A stretch of 63,882 bases of DNA, counting the filler, from Licmophora abbreviata (taxonomy: Eukaryota), in NCBI GenBank assembly GCA_900291995.1. It is 12 parts of 12 records of this genome, joined end to end, with 100 filler letters (N's around TTAATTAATTAA, not from the genome) between each part and the next. Parts side by side here need not be neighbours in the genome. Positions count along the whole stretch, not along the records: positions 20,315 to 27,602 come from OLMU01000013.1; positions 27,703 to 35,840 come from OLMU01000014.1; 10 more parts are not named here. One strand, written 5' to 3'. The notes under the pieces were generated by a model. It did no database searches and was not told the origin of the DNA. It saw only the letters and a program-made list of their open reading frames with translations. The stretch's first letter is position 1. Every line of letters starts with the position of its first letter. This document shows positions 22,409-34,257 of the stretch, piece by piece. Both the position numbers and the translations under genes were made by a program.

Positions 22409-24298
22409 CTATTTGCTCCCTACTTGATTTCTTTGTTCTTGCGTAAAGTAGCTTCCACCATCAAGGTGACCTGTAAAGAATCGTCCACAATGGTCATCCA
22501 GCAGATAGCAGCCGAACCGTGCGTGGCCCGCTGCAAGGCCGAACCGTTCGACACTCTTGACGATGGCAGGGCTCAACTTATCTTCTACGAAACCGCCTCT
22601 CGCCACCATTCTCAAGTTCGGGTCAAAGACAAAATCGCGGTAATGTGCTGTTTCACAGATGTGAGTATTGTCGTACCAAAACAACGTCGGCGTCAATGTC
22701 AACTGGTGCTTTCCAACAGCCGGCGGGTTCGTCTTGACCCATTCTTCTTGAAGAATACACTGCCAACATCCTTGATAATTCAATGCCAGCTGGTCAATAC
22801 TCTTGCGCACACTTTCTGACACCTGAGCATGTACCTCGTTGCTAGAACTTCCTTCAGGTCCGTAAAGACTGGAATCCAACTCGAGTTCAGGCGGTCGCAG
22901 CACCATGTCGCTCACCTCCTTTTGAGATTTCTTTCCGTATTTGGTAAGGAAAATGTCGAGGTATGGTAAGTTGCTGCGCATACTCATGCCCACGTACTTG
23001 ATCTTTTCCGATCTCTTCCACATAGCTTCAAGCGTTTCTGCTACTGGAGTCTGTCGCATGAAGGTGCGATCATGTTGAATTACACACACGTATGGCGTTT
23101 TGACGCAGTGCCGGAGCGCATGCCGTAATGCAAAGCCGTATCCACAGCGCGTCTCGAGCTCCTCGACTCTCGTGTTAGCAAAAGGAGAGTTTTCCGGTGT
23201 ACTGTTACAGAGTGCTCGAAGATTTTGTTTGAACTGTTCGTAATTTTCGGACTGCTTCCTGGTGGCAATGCCATTTCGCAATGCCTGCTTGGCATTGGTG
23301 TGTTTTCGAGTCACCTTTGATTCCTTATGTTCTTCTCTCACACGACATCCATCACAGACGATTACCTTGCGACACTTATAGGCGAAGCCTAGACCGGCGT
23401 GACGGAAAGAATCAAACGTGCGTTCCAAGAGTTCGGTGGACGGATGAGATTTGATGGGCGATGTCGTCACGACAATAGTGAGGACATTCTCCAATGGTGG
23501 CATCGGACCAGTTCTACGAAGCGACAGTTTTCCGACTGATTCGTGAACCAGGGCATCCACTTCATTCGAGGATGATCTGGTAGATGAAGTCTGCCTGGAA
23601 TTGGTTGCAGCGTCGTCATTTGGTGGTAAAGTGTAGAACTTAAGCATCAGGGCTCGATCGTCTGCTGTACAGCTGCTGGGCGATGCGATGCGACTCCGCC
23701 ACTTCCAAAGACACTCCTTCGATTTAACATAGAGACTATATGGCTCCATCCACAGATCTGTCCAATGATTTGGAGACTCCAGGGTCCAACAGTCTGGCAC
23801 TCGTCGCTGTGGACAGTTCAGATGCTGAACCAGAGGAGCGGAGATTGGCAACTGGGCTACAAAGTAGGCATCATCATCAATCTCCTGAGAGCGAGATTCA
23901 AAGGTCGTTACGACGCGCTCCGTACATAGCTCGGGACTTCGAGGTGCAGTGCATGGATACTCTTCGATGGACACGTGCTGGGGTCGACGACCAGTCGTCG
24001 CTACGAAGCGACGCGCTATTTCGGAAACAGTCTTGGGTATCGCGCTATCGGTTGAGTGTTCTCCTTGAAGAGAAAAACGCTGCACCTTTCGTCTGATAGC
24101 AAATCCCTCAATCATCCATGAATCTCCGTCTAATGAATCTAGCAGAGACATTGCTTCATCAGGTGACATGAAGCTGGGAAGTGTCTCCAAACCGTTCGGT
24201 ATCGGTACGAGCGGATTCGACACCCGGATTTTCCCGCAGTTTTCGCCGTCCATTGGGACAACTTTCCACTCACTTTGTCCGTCCAGGAATACAGTCAT
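22409..24298 (-). CDS. Fusion of a degenerate AlkB-like domain and a GT-A (GT2-like) glycosyltransferase domain
   Basis: N-half: GL..LPSFMSPDEA..LL, RRKVQRF, PQHVSIEEYP, EPYSLYV...C.W.W...I. C-half: LTIVVTTSP..SHPST, KVIVCDG, G.GFAL..AL, TPYVCVIQHD. Confidence 0.7.
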   Translation of the reverse strand: MTVFLDGQSEWKVVPMDGENCGKIRVSNPLVPIPNGLETLPSFMSPDEAMSLLDSLDGDSWMIEGFAIRRKVQRFSLQGEHSTDSAIPKTVSEIARRFVATTGRRPQHVSIEEYPCTAPRSPELCTERVVTTFESRSQEIDDDAYFVAQLPISAPLVQHLNCPQRRVPDCWTLESPNHWTDLWMEPYSLYVKSKECLWKWRSRIASPSSCTADDRALMLKFYTLPPNDDAATNSRQTSSTRSSSNEVDALVHESVGKLSLRRTGPMPPLENVLTIVVTTSPIKSHPSTELLERTFDSFRHAGLGFAYKCRKVIVCDGCRVREEHKESKVTRKHTNAKQALRNGIATRKQSENYEQFKQNLRALCNSTPENSPFANTRVEELETRCGYGFALRHALRHCVKTPYVCVIQHDRTFMRQTPVAETLEAMWKRSEKIKYVGMSMRSNLPYLDIFLTKYGKKSQKEVSDMVLRPPELELDSSLYGPEGSSSNEVHAQVSESVRKSIDQLALNYQGCWQCILQEEWVKTNPPAVGKHQLTLTPTLFWYDNTHICETAHYRDFVFDPNLRMVARGGFVEDKLSPAIVKSVERFGLAAGHARFGCYLLDDHCGRFFTGHLDGGSYFTQEQRNQVGSK

Positions 24299-24683
24299 GG
24301 TTCAAATCTGGTGTTTGGAAGGAGAAGAGTCCTTATTGCGACTTTCCATGCTCCTGTGGCGCACACGTCGTTGTGTATCACGATGATGTGCATCGATTTT
24401 CGAACATTGTGCTGGGTGTTGCGCGCCAAAACAAATTGTGTGGACGGTGAACAGACGATCCGTCTGTATGGCGACCGGGAGGACATTGTGACATTGATTG
24501 AGCATTTTGACATTATCATATTTTCCCGCGTCTGGAAAATCAAAAGAAGTCCGTTGGGTGTAAAATGGCAGCCGCGATAGTGACGACGTGTGGTGGCGGC
24601 GATCTCACATCTTCTCTACTATGTTTCCCCAAATGCCTGTCGCCTCTGTTCTAGTATATCATCCCCACTTATAATTTATAAAG

Positions 24684-26651
24684 ATGACAGAAAATGTAGA
24701 GGAGAATGAGATTCGATACCACCATGAGTTTACGCAAGCTGAACTCGACCAGCTGATGTACCACTGGGACGACAATGCCGCCCCAGTTCAAGAGTACCAC
24801 TACATGAAGAAGAAGTGGCAAACACCTGATGCTGTGATTGGTGGTAAAAAGATCGTGGGAAGTGGTGAAGACGAAAAGCCGGAGCCTCGCTCGGAACGAG
24901 ATGGCGTTCGTGAAAATGCCGTCGATTCGGGTAATCGAACCGCTGTCGACTTGAACAAGGACGCACCGGCAGACGAAGAGCCGGTACCTTTGTGGCTTGA
25001 CACGAGTAGCTCAGCTATTGTAGTTGAATTCTACGCTGCATGGTGTGCGCACTGCCAGCACTTCAAGTCAGAGTACATTAGCGTCGCTCGGGAAGTGACG
25101 CGCAGAGCCATTGGCACCCAAATCCACTTTCATGCAGTGTCCTGTCAGCTCTACCGGGAGGTCTGTCGAGCCTATAATATTGACGGATTTCCGGTAGTAC
25201 TGGGATATGCAATGGGAGAGTCAATCGAAGACGTTGGCTGGGAGCTCAATCCTAGAGGGAAAGACATGACCGCCGAATTGATTGCAAACGCCCTATCATT
25301 TACACTGGCACACGAGCCGAAAGATGTGCACGCCTTGAACTTCAGCGACAGCAACGACGAGCGTGCGCACCAGCGTGTGTTAAGCGAAATGGGGCACCAA
25401 GCCGCCGCAAAGAAAAGAGATTGGCATGAATCTCTATCGAATGTCAATGATGCGTTCCACAATGGAGCCGTAAGCCTAGCGTTTGCACTGAAGACTGGTG
25501 TGTTCATGAAGCGAGAAGGTGTGCTGGAGGAAAAGCGGCGAATCGCGCTACGAGACTTTCTCGGGTTAGTGGACTGGGCAATGCCACCGCAATGGCATGT
25601 CCGAGAGATGGTACAGGAGGTAATGGCGCAGCTCGACAAGATTGTGGGAGATCCATCGTTGCTCGTGGAAATCGTGGAGCGGCATCAGTCGCGAAATGTT
25701 GAGCCCGATTTGTGGGGCGGCATCAATGCTTCCAATCGGAGCCGACGAAACGTAAGCGGACTCGGTAGTGGCTCTCGTTTTCCGAGCGATAGAATACTCA
25801 ATGACCCCGAAGCCGTTTTTTGGAAGAACAATCGCTGGACGGAATCTTGTACCCACTCAGAGCCGGGCATGGGCTTTACATGTGGTCTCTGGAGTCTCTT
25901 CCACTGCATCACCATAGGTTCATCTATGCCGTCTCGACAACTCTATGGCTTTCAGCGTGCGCAGCTTACCTCGCCTCGGGACGTGGCCGAGATCATCAAG
26001 CGCTTTATTGGCAACTTTTTCGCGTGTGATGTGTGCAGATGGAACTTCTTGGATATGTACGACAGATGCGAACACGATCGTTGCCACAGGCTAATTGGGA
26101 CTATCCCTGCTCTACAAGGAGGAGAGCCGGAGCTGAAGAGTAGTCGCGAGCTTGCCTTGTGGCTATGGGAAACTCACAATGCCGTCAATGTTCGCGTAAT
26201 GAAGGAAGCGACCGAACGAGAAAACCGCCATCTTACCAGCGAAGAACGAGAGGCCGCAGCGTTTCCCACGGTATCAATGTGTCCGGCATGCTGGCACGAT
26301 GAGACCATGACAAATTTCGACGAAAAGGCAGTGTTTGCGTTTCTCCAGAGCCGGTACTGGTAAGACGATCGTACAGAGCGATACTATATGATTCGCCAGA
26401 TAACCTGCACCATGACTTACTTCTATTGCTGCTGTTGCCCGTCACTACTCTATCGGCACAGGCCCGAGAACAAAGCTAGAAGCCGGATCCCAATTCTTCC
26501 AGTGAGACGCCAACTCGCGATTGCAACCTCTTCGAATACATACAAGATCACTGCATTTACGATCTTTCTGATCTCTCTTGCCATTTTAACCCAACTTTGC
26601 CGTCGATTCTTGAAACGTATGTCATCCAAGAATCCAAGAAAGAGCGTTTAG
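24684..26651 (+). CDS. QSOX: QSOX-like sulfhydryl oxidase, paralogue 1 (Trx + Erv/ALR + TM; intron 26360-26461; N-terminus uncertain)
   Basis: VEFYAAWCAHC; GFTCGLWSLFH; FFACDVC; LWLWETHNAVNVR; FP....CPAC. The terminal exon encodes a TM helix. Confidence 0.9.
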
Positions 26652-26666
26652 TCTTCTAATCGGTAG

Positions 26667-27518
26667 TCACTCGTTATCGTCGGTCTCCGCTTCCTCATCC
26701 ACTCGCATCGCTGGTACCCCGACATACAGGCGCTTTAAGTCGGACCACCCTCTCGGCAGCGTATAGACATGTTCATCGTCATCGCTGGCCTCAGGCGTCA
26801 TATCGGTCGTCTCCAGTAATACCTCCGTAGACACTTTCGTGGGATCTAGTGTCACTTTCCAGACATCGCAATTTCCTAGTTTGAATGACATACCCAACAT
26901 TGCCTTGAAGAATTGCGAGTGTCCGACAAGTGCAATCGTAGATTCAGACTGATCCACCAACCAGGCCTCGAGCTTTTGAATCCTCACAGCGAGTGATTTG
27001 GTATTCCCCGGAACCCACTCCAAGGGTGTCTTTTCCAGAAGCAAGTCAAGCTCAACGACTCGCCCAACAGAAGGATCCTTAGTATCGGGAGCTGCACAGC
27101 CAATCATACCTTCGGACGTTTGTTTGGCACGCTGCAGCGGCGAGTGCGCAACCAACTGCACCCCGACCTGTTCCAGAAAGTTGTCAGCTTTCAGCGCTTC
27201 AGCCACCTGATCAATCTGAGCCAGTCCATCCACACTGACCGCTGAATCCAACTGAGCTGGAATATTTAAGAATTGAGCGGCAAGCTTGGCATCGGTACTA
27301 GAAGGCAGACTGAATTTGCCGAGACTTTTGAAGCATCGACCAAAGGAAGCGAGTTTGCGATTCTCTTCACTCTCAGCGTGCCGAATCAAGTAGATTGTCT
27401 TGCTCATTGCAATTGTCGTACTGTAACGACAGGTCCGAGGAGCTGAGGCAACGAAGAGCAGAGACGACAGAAGCACGATGGACAACAGTGTACACACAAG
27501 CTGCCGCTTCAATGTCAT
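26667..27518 (-). CDS. Histidine phosphatase / phosphoglycerate mutase-like protein with N-terminal signal peptide
   Basis: IYLIRHAES, HSPLQRAKQT, LLLEK, IALVGHSQF. Confidence 0.88.
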   Translation of the reverse strand: MTLKRQLVCTLLSIVLLSSLLFVASAPRTCRYSTTIAMSKTIYLIRHAESEENRKLASFGRCFKSLGKFSLPSSTDAKLAAQFLNIPAQLDSAVSVDGLAQIDQVAEALKADNFLEQVGVQLVAHSPLQRAKQTSEGMIGCAAPDTKDPSVGRVVELDLLLEKTPLEWVPGNTKSLAVRIQKLEAWLVDQSESTIALVGHSQFFKAMLGMSFKLGNCDVWKVTLDPTKVSTEVLLETTDMTPEASDDDEHVYTLPRGWSDLKRLYVGVPAMRVDEEAETDDNE

Positions 27519-27602
27519 TGCTCAAAACTCGAGAATGATGATGACGCGAGCACACACAACATTCTAAATTCCAAAACTGCCGATCCTCCTGGTTTAAACA
27601 AA

Positions 27603-27702
27603 NNNNNNNNNNNNNNNNNNNNNNNNNNNNNNNNNNNNNNNNNNNNTTAATTAATTAANNNNNNNNNNNNNNNNNNNNNNNNNNNNNNNNNNNNNNNNNN
27701 NN
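27603..27702. other. Artificial scaffold spacer
   Basis: 100-nt N/TTAATTAATTAA linker. Confidence 0.97.
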
Positions 27703-27840
27703 TATACGTAAACATTTATGATACTGAGAAACCATTCTTTAAAAACGTCATTAGGCCTTGCGCGTTTTCTTTGTGGAGCTTCGGCATTTCGCGCATGAAG
27801 GAGATGCGGTCACAGTTTCGATCATGACGACACCAGCACC

Positions 27841-29826
27841 ATGACGACAGAAAGGAAGCCCCGATCACTACTGCTGACCTTATTCTTCTCGCTCACTACT
27901 CACATTAATGCACGCCAGGAGGATGTTAGAAGTAAATTTCTCTATCTGGGAAATCCAGAGGCGACCAGCATCGTCTGGGACTATCAGCATCACATGCATG
28001 CGCCATCTCACGAGACATTGACGAGCCGATCCCAGGAGCACGAAGCGGCTGTCGATGCGCTACTACGAGAAAGTGAGCATACCGAAACGGAGAAGGCTGA
28101 CACCCTAATTGCTACCAGCGAGAACTCGTCGTTTGCACCAACTGACCCGAGACCCTTCTTTTTGCGCCAAGAGTACCCCGCAGCTCGTGTGGTCGAGTGA
28201 GTTCTATTTATGTGTCATCTGTACAGGTAGACCACGTCGATGCGACGAACCTGCACTTACTTCATGAATGTCCAATCTTTCTACAGGTTCTACTCGCCGT
28301 GGTGCGGTCACTGTCAAAACTTTGCACCTCATTACATTCAAATGGCTCGTGAAGTCTTGCAACGAGTGTTGTCTTCAAATGGTTCTGGTGTCGAATTTTA
28401 TGCCGTCTCATGTTCCGAACATCATCACTTGTGTCAGCAGCAAAACGTTAGTGGCTATCCTTCAATACGAGCCTATCATGCGCGAAGTACTGAGTATAGT
28501 ACCGTGCAGCCCTTCACCCTGGAAAGCATCGACCATTCACTGCAGCTAGGCATCGATACCACGCCAGTGGCCCCTGCTGGCGGCCAGGACCAACACATCG
28601 CAGGTTTATCGTCGTCAAAGACAGGCATGCTTGCACTAGGCGACGGTGACGACACTCGGTCTCATCCTAGTAAGATCGATATCTTGGGCGCCACCCTGGA
28701 CGGCTATCGACGGACTCGCACGGACGTTTTCCGGGATGCAGCACTGAGCTTCACTTATGCCATGGAACATCATATATACTTGAGTGATGAGCAGCCTCTA
28801 TCATCGGAAAGAGCTGCGGCATTCTCCGAGTGGCTTGACTTGTTGTATTGGACTCTACCCCCGACATGGATGCTGCATGCGCTCATTCATGACTTGCGAC
28901 GGAATCTACAGCAAGTAGTACAGTCCAAAATATCGCTACTGGAACTAGTGCACAAACATCACGAGGTTGTACACGAAACTAGCACGACTGGTAGTGATGA
29001 CAAGGTGCAGTGGAGCGTAGCATGCGGTGGCAACAGCGGCTTTGGTTGCGGCCTGTGGAGACTAATGCACGTGGCCTCTATTGGGGTAGTGGAGCGACAC
29101 AGAGCTGTGTTGGGGGCGAGGGACCGTGTCAGTACAAGTCATGCTGCTGAAACAATGTATCACTACGTGTATCATTTCTCCTCGTGGTGTCACGAATGTC
29201 GTGAGATCTTCTTACAACGCTATGAAATGTGTGCCTATAGAAGGTACAAGCGCTTTCAGCAGCCCAAAAGCAAGATGCCTCCGTCCGATGAGAGCTGGAA
29301 AGAGTTTCCGATGTGGCTATGGCAAATGCACGGCGGTATCAACGAAGCGATAGTTGGAACCCGAAGCAAGAAGAAGAACAACCGGAAAGCGACAGGAGTA
29401 GAATTGTCGGCGGCTAGATGGCCGACAGAGACAGCCTGTCAGACTTGCCAGAAGCGGAATGGTCGATGGAGCGAAGCCGACGTGTTCGCATACCTAAGGA
29501 AAGAGTACTGGTAAGAAGAGTGCCAACTTGGAATGTCGGCGGTTGTTCGAAGCTGAAGGCTGACCATTCTTTTGTTTACATCGGCCAGGCCTGGAGGTGT
29601 ACAGAACTTTCGATACGTCGTGCTCGACAAAAAAGATCGATCGAAAGAGAGAGAAGATGATTCTTCAAGCGGTATGGCTGTTCGTGTGTTTGTTGCCATC
29701 GCACTTTCAGTCACTGCCGTGTTGGTTTATGCTAGCGCAAGTCGTTCGTCGCAGCGGGTCCGCATTCGGGCGACTGGTCGTCACAAGAAGTTTGACGATG
29801 GCCCCAATGGCCCCTTTCCACCGTGA
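27841..29826 (+). CDS. QSOX: QSOX-like sulfhydryl oxidase, paralogue 2, divergent Erv domain (introns 28197-28286, 29511-29588)
   Basis: Signal peptide; spliced VVEFYSPWCGHC; GFGCGLWRLMH; WCHEC; MWLWQMHGGIN; WP....CQTC; TM followed by TGRHKK. Confidence 0.88.
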
Positions 29827-29885
29827 GAGAAATACCAAAGAAAATGCAATCTATCAACGGAACTACCTTTAGGCCACCTCCTACC

Positions 29886-31729
29886 CTATGGGTCAAGGTC
29901 TCCAAACTCATCGACTTTCTTATGTCGACCGCTTCGAGCAAGCCGATTCTTTTCATGAAAAATGTATACAAGAAATGCGACAGCTGAGACGCACAGAAAA
30001 CCCAGTATGGCGGGGAAACCATCACTTTGGGGCTCTTTGACCTTGCGATGTACTGTGTCTTCTGGGGTCGGCTCTGGTGGTGCTGTCAGGCTATTCGGAG
30101 CTAGTCGTTTTCGCATGGTGGCTGAGTTGAGCCCATCGTCTGGCCTGTCGACAAGAAGCAAAAGAGATTGACATCTGTAGATGTGAGCAGGACGCAGCCG
30201 CAAAGACTAGCCCCACAATATGTATACCAATTCATCAATGACTTACCAGTATTCTAGCTTGAGATATTGAAAGACATGCTCTTCGTCCCATGAGCCATCC
30301 TTCCCCCAACAAGTAGGACACTCGTGTCTCAATGGCCAGTGAGCATTTATTTCGTCCTGCTCATTCGTTGCCCGTCCGTCTCGCTCAGCTCGTTCCTTCA
30401 TCAGTCTAACATTGACGGCATTGTGCGTCTCCCATAGCCAAAGAGCCAGCTGCTTCCAATCTTTCAACTGCCCGTGTTCTGTGGCTAACCGAGTGCATCG
30501 ATTGTGGGCGCAGGCGTCGTAAGCAGCTAGAAAGTTGACTCGACATACTTCACAGCCGAAAAAATGTTCAATGAAATCGCGAAGCTTGTCTGCCGCCCTC
30601 ATGGGTGCTATTGTGGTCCATTCATTGGACATTTTGTTAAACTCGACAACGCCAATCGACATGACATGAAAGAGCTCCCAAAGTCCACACGTGTACCCCA
30701 TACCCTGCTCTCCGTGCGTACACGTGGGGCTCCATTCCCGCACTTCGGGTCGGAAGGGGTCGACGAACTTGAGTAACTCGTCTTCGCTCTGGATCGCGGC
30801 CTCGTGATTGTCTCGTATTGCACTTATTTGCCGATGAATTTTCCACGTCGGCGGCATGGTGTCGTGAAGCATGTTGATCCAGTTCAGGAATGCCGACTTT
30901 CGCTTCTTCTCCAGGGGCCCGCTCGACATGAAAATCCCCTGCCGCAGGGCAAAATCAAACGACAGAAACGCATCGGAGAACATTTCTTCTTTTGTTCTGG
31001 CCAGTCTCAAGGATACTGCCTTCATGGCTTCACTTGCCTGCCCGCGCTTCGTTTTGGAATACTCATTTCGTTCTTGGGCTGTCAGTCCATCCATCTGCAC
31101 TCCAAGCGTCTCCAGAACATGGAAAGGGTGCAACTCTGTGGGCGACACGTCGGTGCCATTGATTGATCCTGCCGCGTATACTTTGATCGTCGGGTACCCG
31201 TGCACGCCCACTGCCCGACAGATATCTCGATGAGGTACACAGCTAACAGCATATACATCGACATGCACCCCAAACCGCGTTGCCAACATGTCCAGATCCT
31301 GCGCAAACTTGATATACGAGCCTTTGAAGTGCCGACAGTGTCTACGGAGGTAAGGGAATGAGTTGGTTGAGTGACGAAGGTATCATATCACACGGGAGTC
31401 GAGTGGATACTCTGTGATCTTTCGTCTACTTACGGGCACCATGGCGCATAAAACTCGATGATTCGATGGCCAGTGTTGGAAGATGACAGAAAGTAAGGAA
31501 GTTCGACCTTTTTCTTGCTAGAGGATCCACTCCGCTCCTTCTCCTCAGATACCGAAGGCTCTTCCCTTTCCACCGATACCAGATCAGTTTCATTGCCAAA
31601 ATACTCATGAATCGGGGCATACTCTTCAGGTGGCAAAAGCGCATACATGTAGTCGGGATAATCGGCTCTCGCCATGCTGAGCATGATCACCACCAGGGCC
31701 CCGAAAAACAAAATTAACAACAGTCCCAT
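29886..31729 (-). CDS. QSOX: QSOX-like sulfhydryl oxidase, paralogue 3 (introns 31433-31342, 30246-30145)
   Basis: Signal peptide MGLLLILFFGALVVIMLSMARA; spliced IEFYAPWCPHC; GYTCGLWELFH; FFGCEVC; LWLWETHNAVNVR; CPTC; TM followed by SGRHKK. Confidence 0.9.
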
Positions 31730-32096
31730 GGTAGGGAGAGCAAGTTCGCCGTCGTTTGTCGTTCTCCTTTTCTTCCGCTGCCTCTTGGCGTTTGGTGGAG
31801 CCGTAGTACGCCTATTCGTTCTTCTCTCCGTTGTTAGTGGAGGCGCTTCCACTCCACCTCCGGAGGGCAATCGACGCAGCACAGGCTCAACAATCTTGAC
31901 GAGCGCGGATGAGCAGCGACGAGAATCGGTCTAGCGACGGTGGCTCCAATAGCATCTCAACGGAACGCCATGGTCATTTTTGAGTTTTGAGGTTTTGCTT
32001 TTGAAGAGACCAATTACCGCGCGCTCTCAGCTAGTCGCGTCGCGCGCTCGGTAATATCGCCCTCGTGACGTAAACGACTCTGGGGAAGTTATGTGT

Positions 32097-33925
32097 CTAC
32101 ACAGCTACATCACTTTCAAACTTCTTGTGGTGCCCGCTGAGCTCTCGTTGCATCTTTTTTGCATGTGCAATGTACGCGGCGACAGCAGCTGCCCCTCCGA
32201 TTGTTAGAAAAGGCAGGGCTATGGTTGCAGCCGAGCTGCGATCTTGTGCAAAGTAGTAATCGTCGTCTCCCTCCAATAATGACTTTGTAGTACTGAGATA
32301 GCTTCGTGTCTTTTCTGATGACTCGTCGTCAGGCCTGTACGAACAATATACGAATAGAAAGAGGGTAAGACCAATAGATACACACTTCGTTCACAGCAAC
32401 AACAAAACAGTACGGAACTCACCAGTACGTCAGTCGAAGATACATGTAGATGAACTCTTCGTTCCATGACCCATCAGGTAACCAGCATCGTGGACAATCG
32501 GCTCGAGAAGGCCATTGGGCGTCGGCTTCATCTTGTAAGGTCGTCCTCCGTCCTTCTCGCACAGCACGCTCCTTCATTAGTCGTACATTGACTGCATTGT
32601 GTGTCTCCCACAGCCACAGTGGCAGCTCCTTCCAGTCGGCCAACTTTCCCACTTTGCGTGTCAATCGATCGCATCGATCAAATGAGCACGAATCGTAGGC
32701 CTTCACAAAGTTGTGAGAACAGACTTCACAGCCAAAGAAGTGTTCTACATAGAGCCGCAGCGTGTCGGCAGCCCGCATGGTGGGTACCGTCGACCACTCG
32801 TTCGCCATTTTGTTCCATTCCACAATGCCAATACTCATAATCATGAAGAGATTCCACAACCCACAAGTGTACCCCATGCCCTCTTCTCCATGTGAACAGC
32901 TAATGCTCCATTCTTCCTTCTGCGGTTTGTGCGGATCAATCAGGGCCAGCAACTTGGCTTCGTCCTTGATGGCATCGTCCATGTGATCTCGAATGGAATT
33001 GAGTTGACGGTGAATTCTCCAAGCCGGTGGTAACGTATCGTGCAGCAGATTGATCCATTCCGTAAACGTTCTTCGTCTCATGATTGCAAGTGGTCCGGGT
33101 TTCATAAAGACGCTTTGACGCAAGGCCATGTCAAACGACAAGAAGGCGTCCATGTAGATATCGTCCTTGGTGCGAGCGACGTGGCCATGATCTGCACCAT
33201 CATGACTACCTTTTGCTTGTCGCAAGACAGATTGGGAACTTTCCACTGTGTCAAGCTCACTGGCAGCTCCAATCTCATCGAATTGAATTCCAAGCATATC
33301 TAGAACCATGAAGGGATGCAAGTCGTGATGCTTGACACGTGTGCCGTTCAAGGATCCATCAGGAATGACGACAATCCATGGGAACCCATTGACACTGGAA
33401 TGTTGACACACTGGATGGTGCACCTGGCAAGAAACGGCATGCACATCCACGTGACTACCCGAGTGAGTTGCCAATGAAGTGATTTGTCTGGCGAACTGAA
33501 TGAATTGGTCCTTAAAGTGCCGACAGTGTGGACACCACCTGCGGGCAAGAGCGAGACATTACGACGCATGAGAGACGCGGCGGCGGATGACAACATCGTA
33601 TCCGATCAATGACGTACGGTGCGTAGAACTCCACAACACGATGCCCTGTAGGGGAGGTAAGGAACTCAGGTAGGCGAAGCTGTTTCGTTGCGTTGGCTCC
33701 TGCTGTCGTCGCATTCACCAGACCTGTGGTCTCCTTATGCGTGGCCTCAGCAGGCGATGCCGACTCGACGGGCAAAGTTTCGTTCAGTAACAGTTCGTGG
33801 ACTGGAAAGTATTCTTCTGGCTGCATAATTGCGTACATATATGGTGGGAGAGAACAAGCATATCCCGCAAGGAGAACCAGAAGGATTGCGCGATGGAAGG
33901 TCGAGCGAGCTGATGATGATACCAT
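32097..33925 (-). CDS. QSOX: QSOX-like sulfhydryl oxidase, paralogue 4 (introns 33617-33539, 32422-32335)
   Basis: Signal peptide; spliced VEFYAPWCPHC; GYTCGLWNLFM; FFGCEVC; LWLWETHNAVNVR; CPRC. The last exon (not in the ORF track) encodes a TM and SGHHKKFESDVAV*. Confidence 0.9.
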
Positions 33926-34257
33926 GATGGTTTTCCGGCAAGATTTTGGCGCCAAACTTGAATGCCGCGTCTGTCGCGCAAAAAAGTATTGGATTGCCCC
34001 TTTTATCGTCTTTACTCGTCTCGGATAGTCCCAAGAAGCTTGTGAGACGGAGACCTCTGTTCTTCTCGCTGGATCGATCACAATCTTTCCCTCTTTGTCA
34101 CCATGACCACCATGACAACGATGTGGTCGGATTCTATATCATCTCGCGTCGTCCACTCGTGACTAAGTTTTGGCGAGCTCGAGAGTTCGTGGTGAGGAGC
34201 CACAAATTTCAGTTTGGTGCTAAAACAAGGCGAAGACGGCCCACTAGTATTACGAGA

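Noticed and set aside
31730..31882. GTG-initiated N-terminal extension of QSOX3 in the ORF track
   Set aside because: There is no in-frame ATG upstream, and the ATG at 31729 gives a good signal peptide. A frameshifted longer start cannot be fully excluded.
32013..32055. GC-rich imperfect hairpin (ATTACCG...CGGTAAT) between QSOX4 and QSOX3
   Set aside because: Short, imperfect, single copy; no basis for an ncRNA or terminator call.
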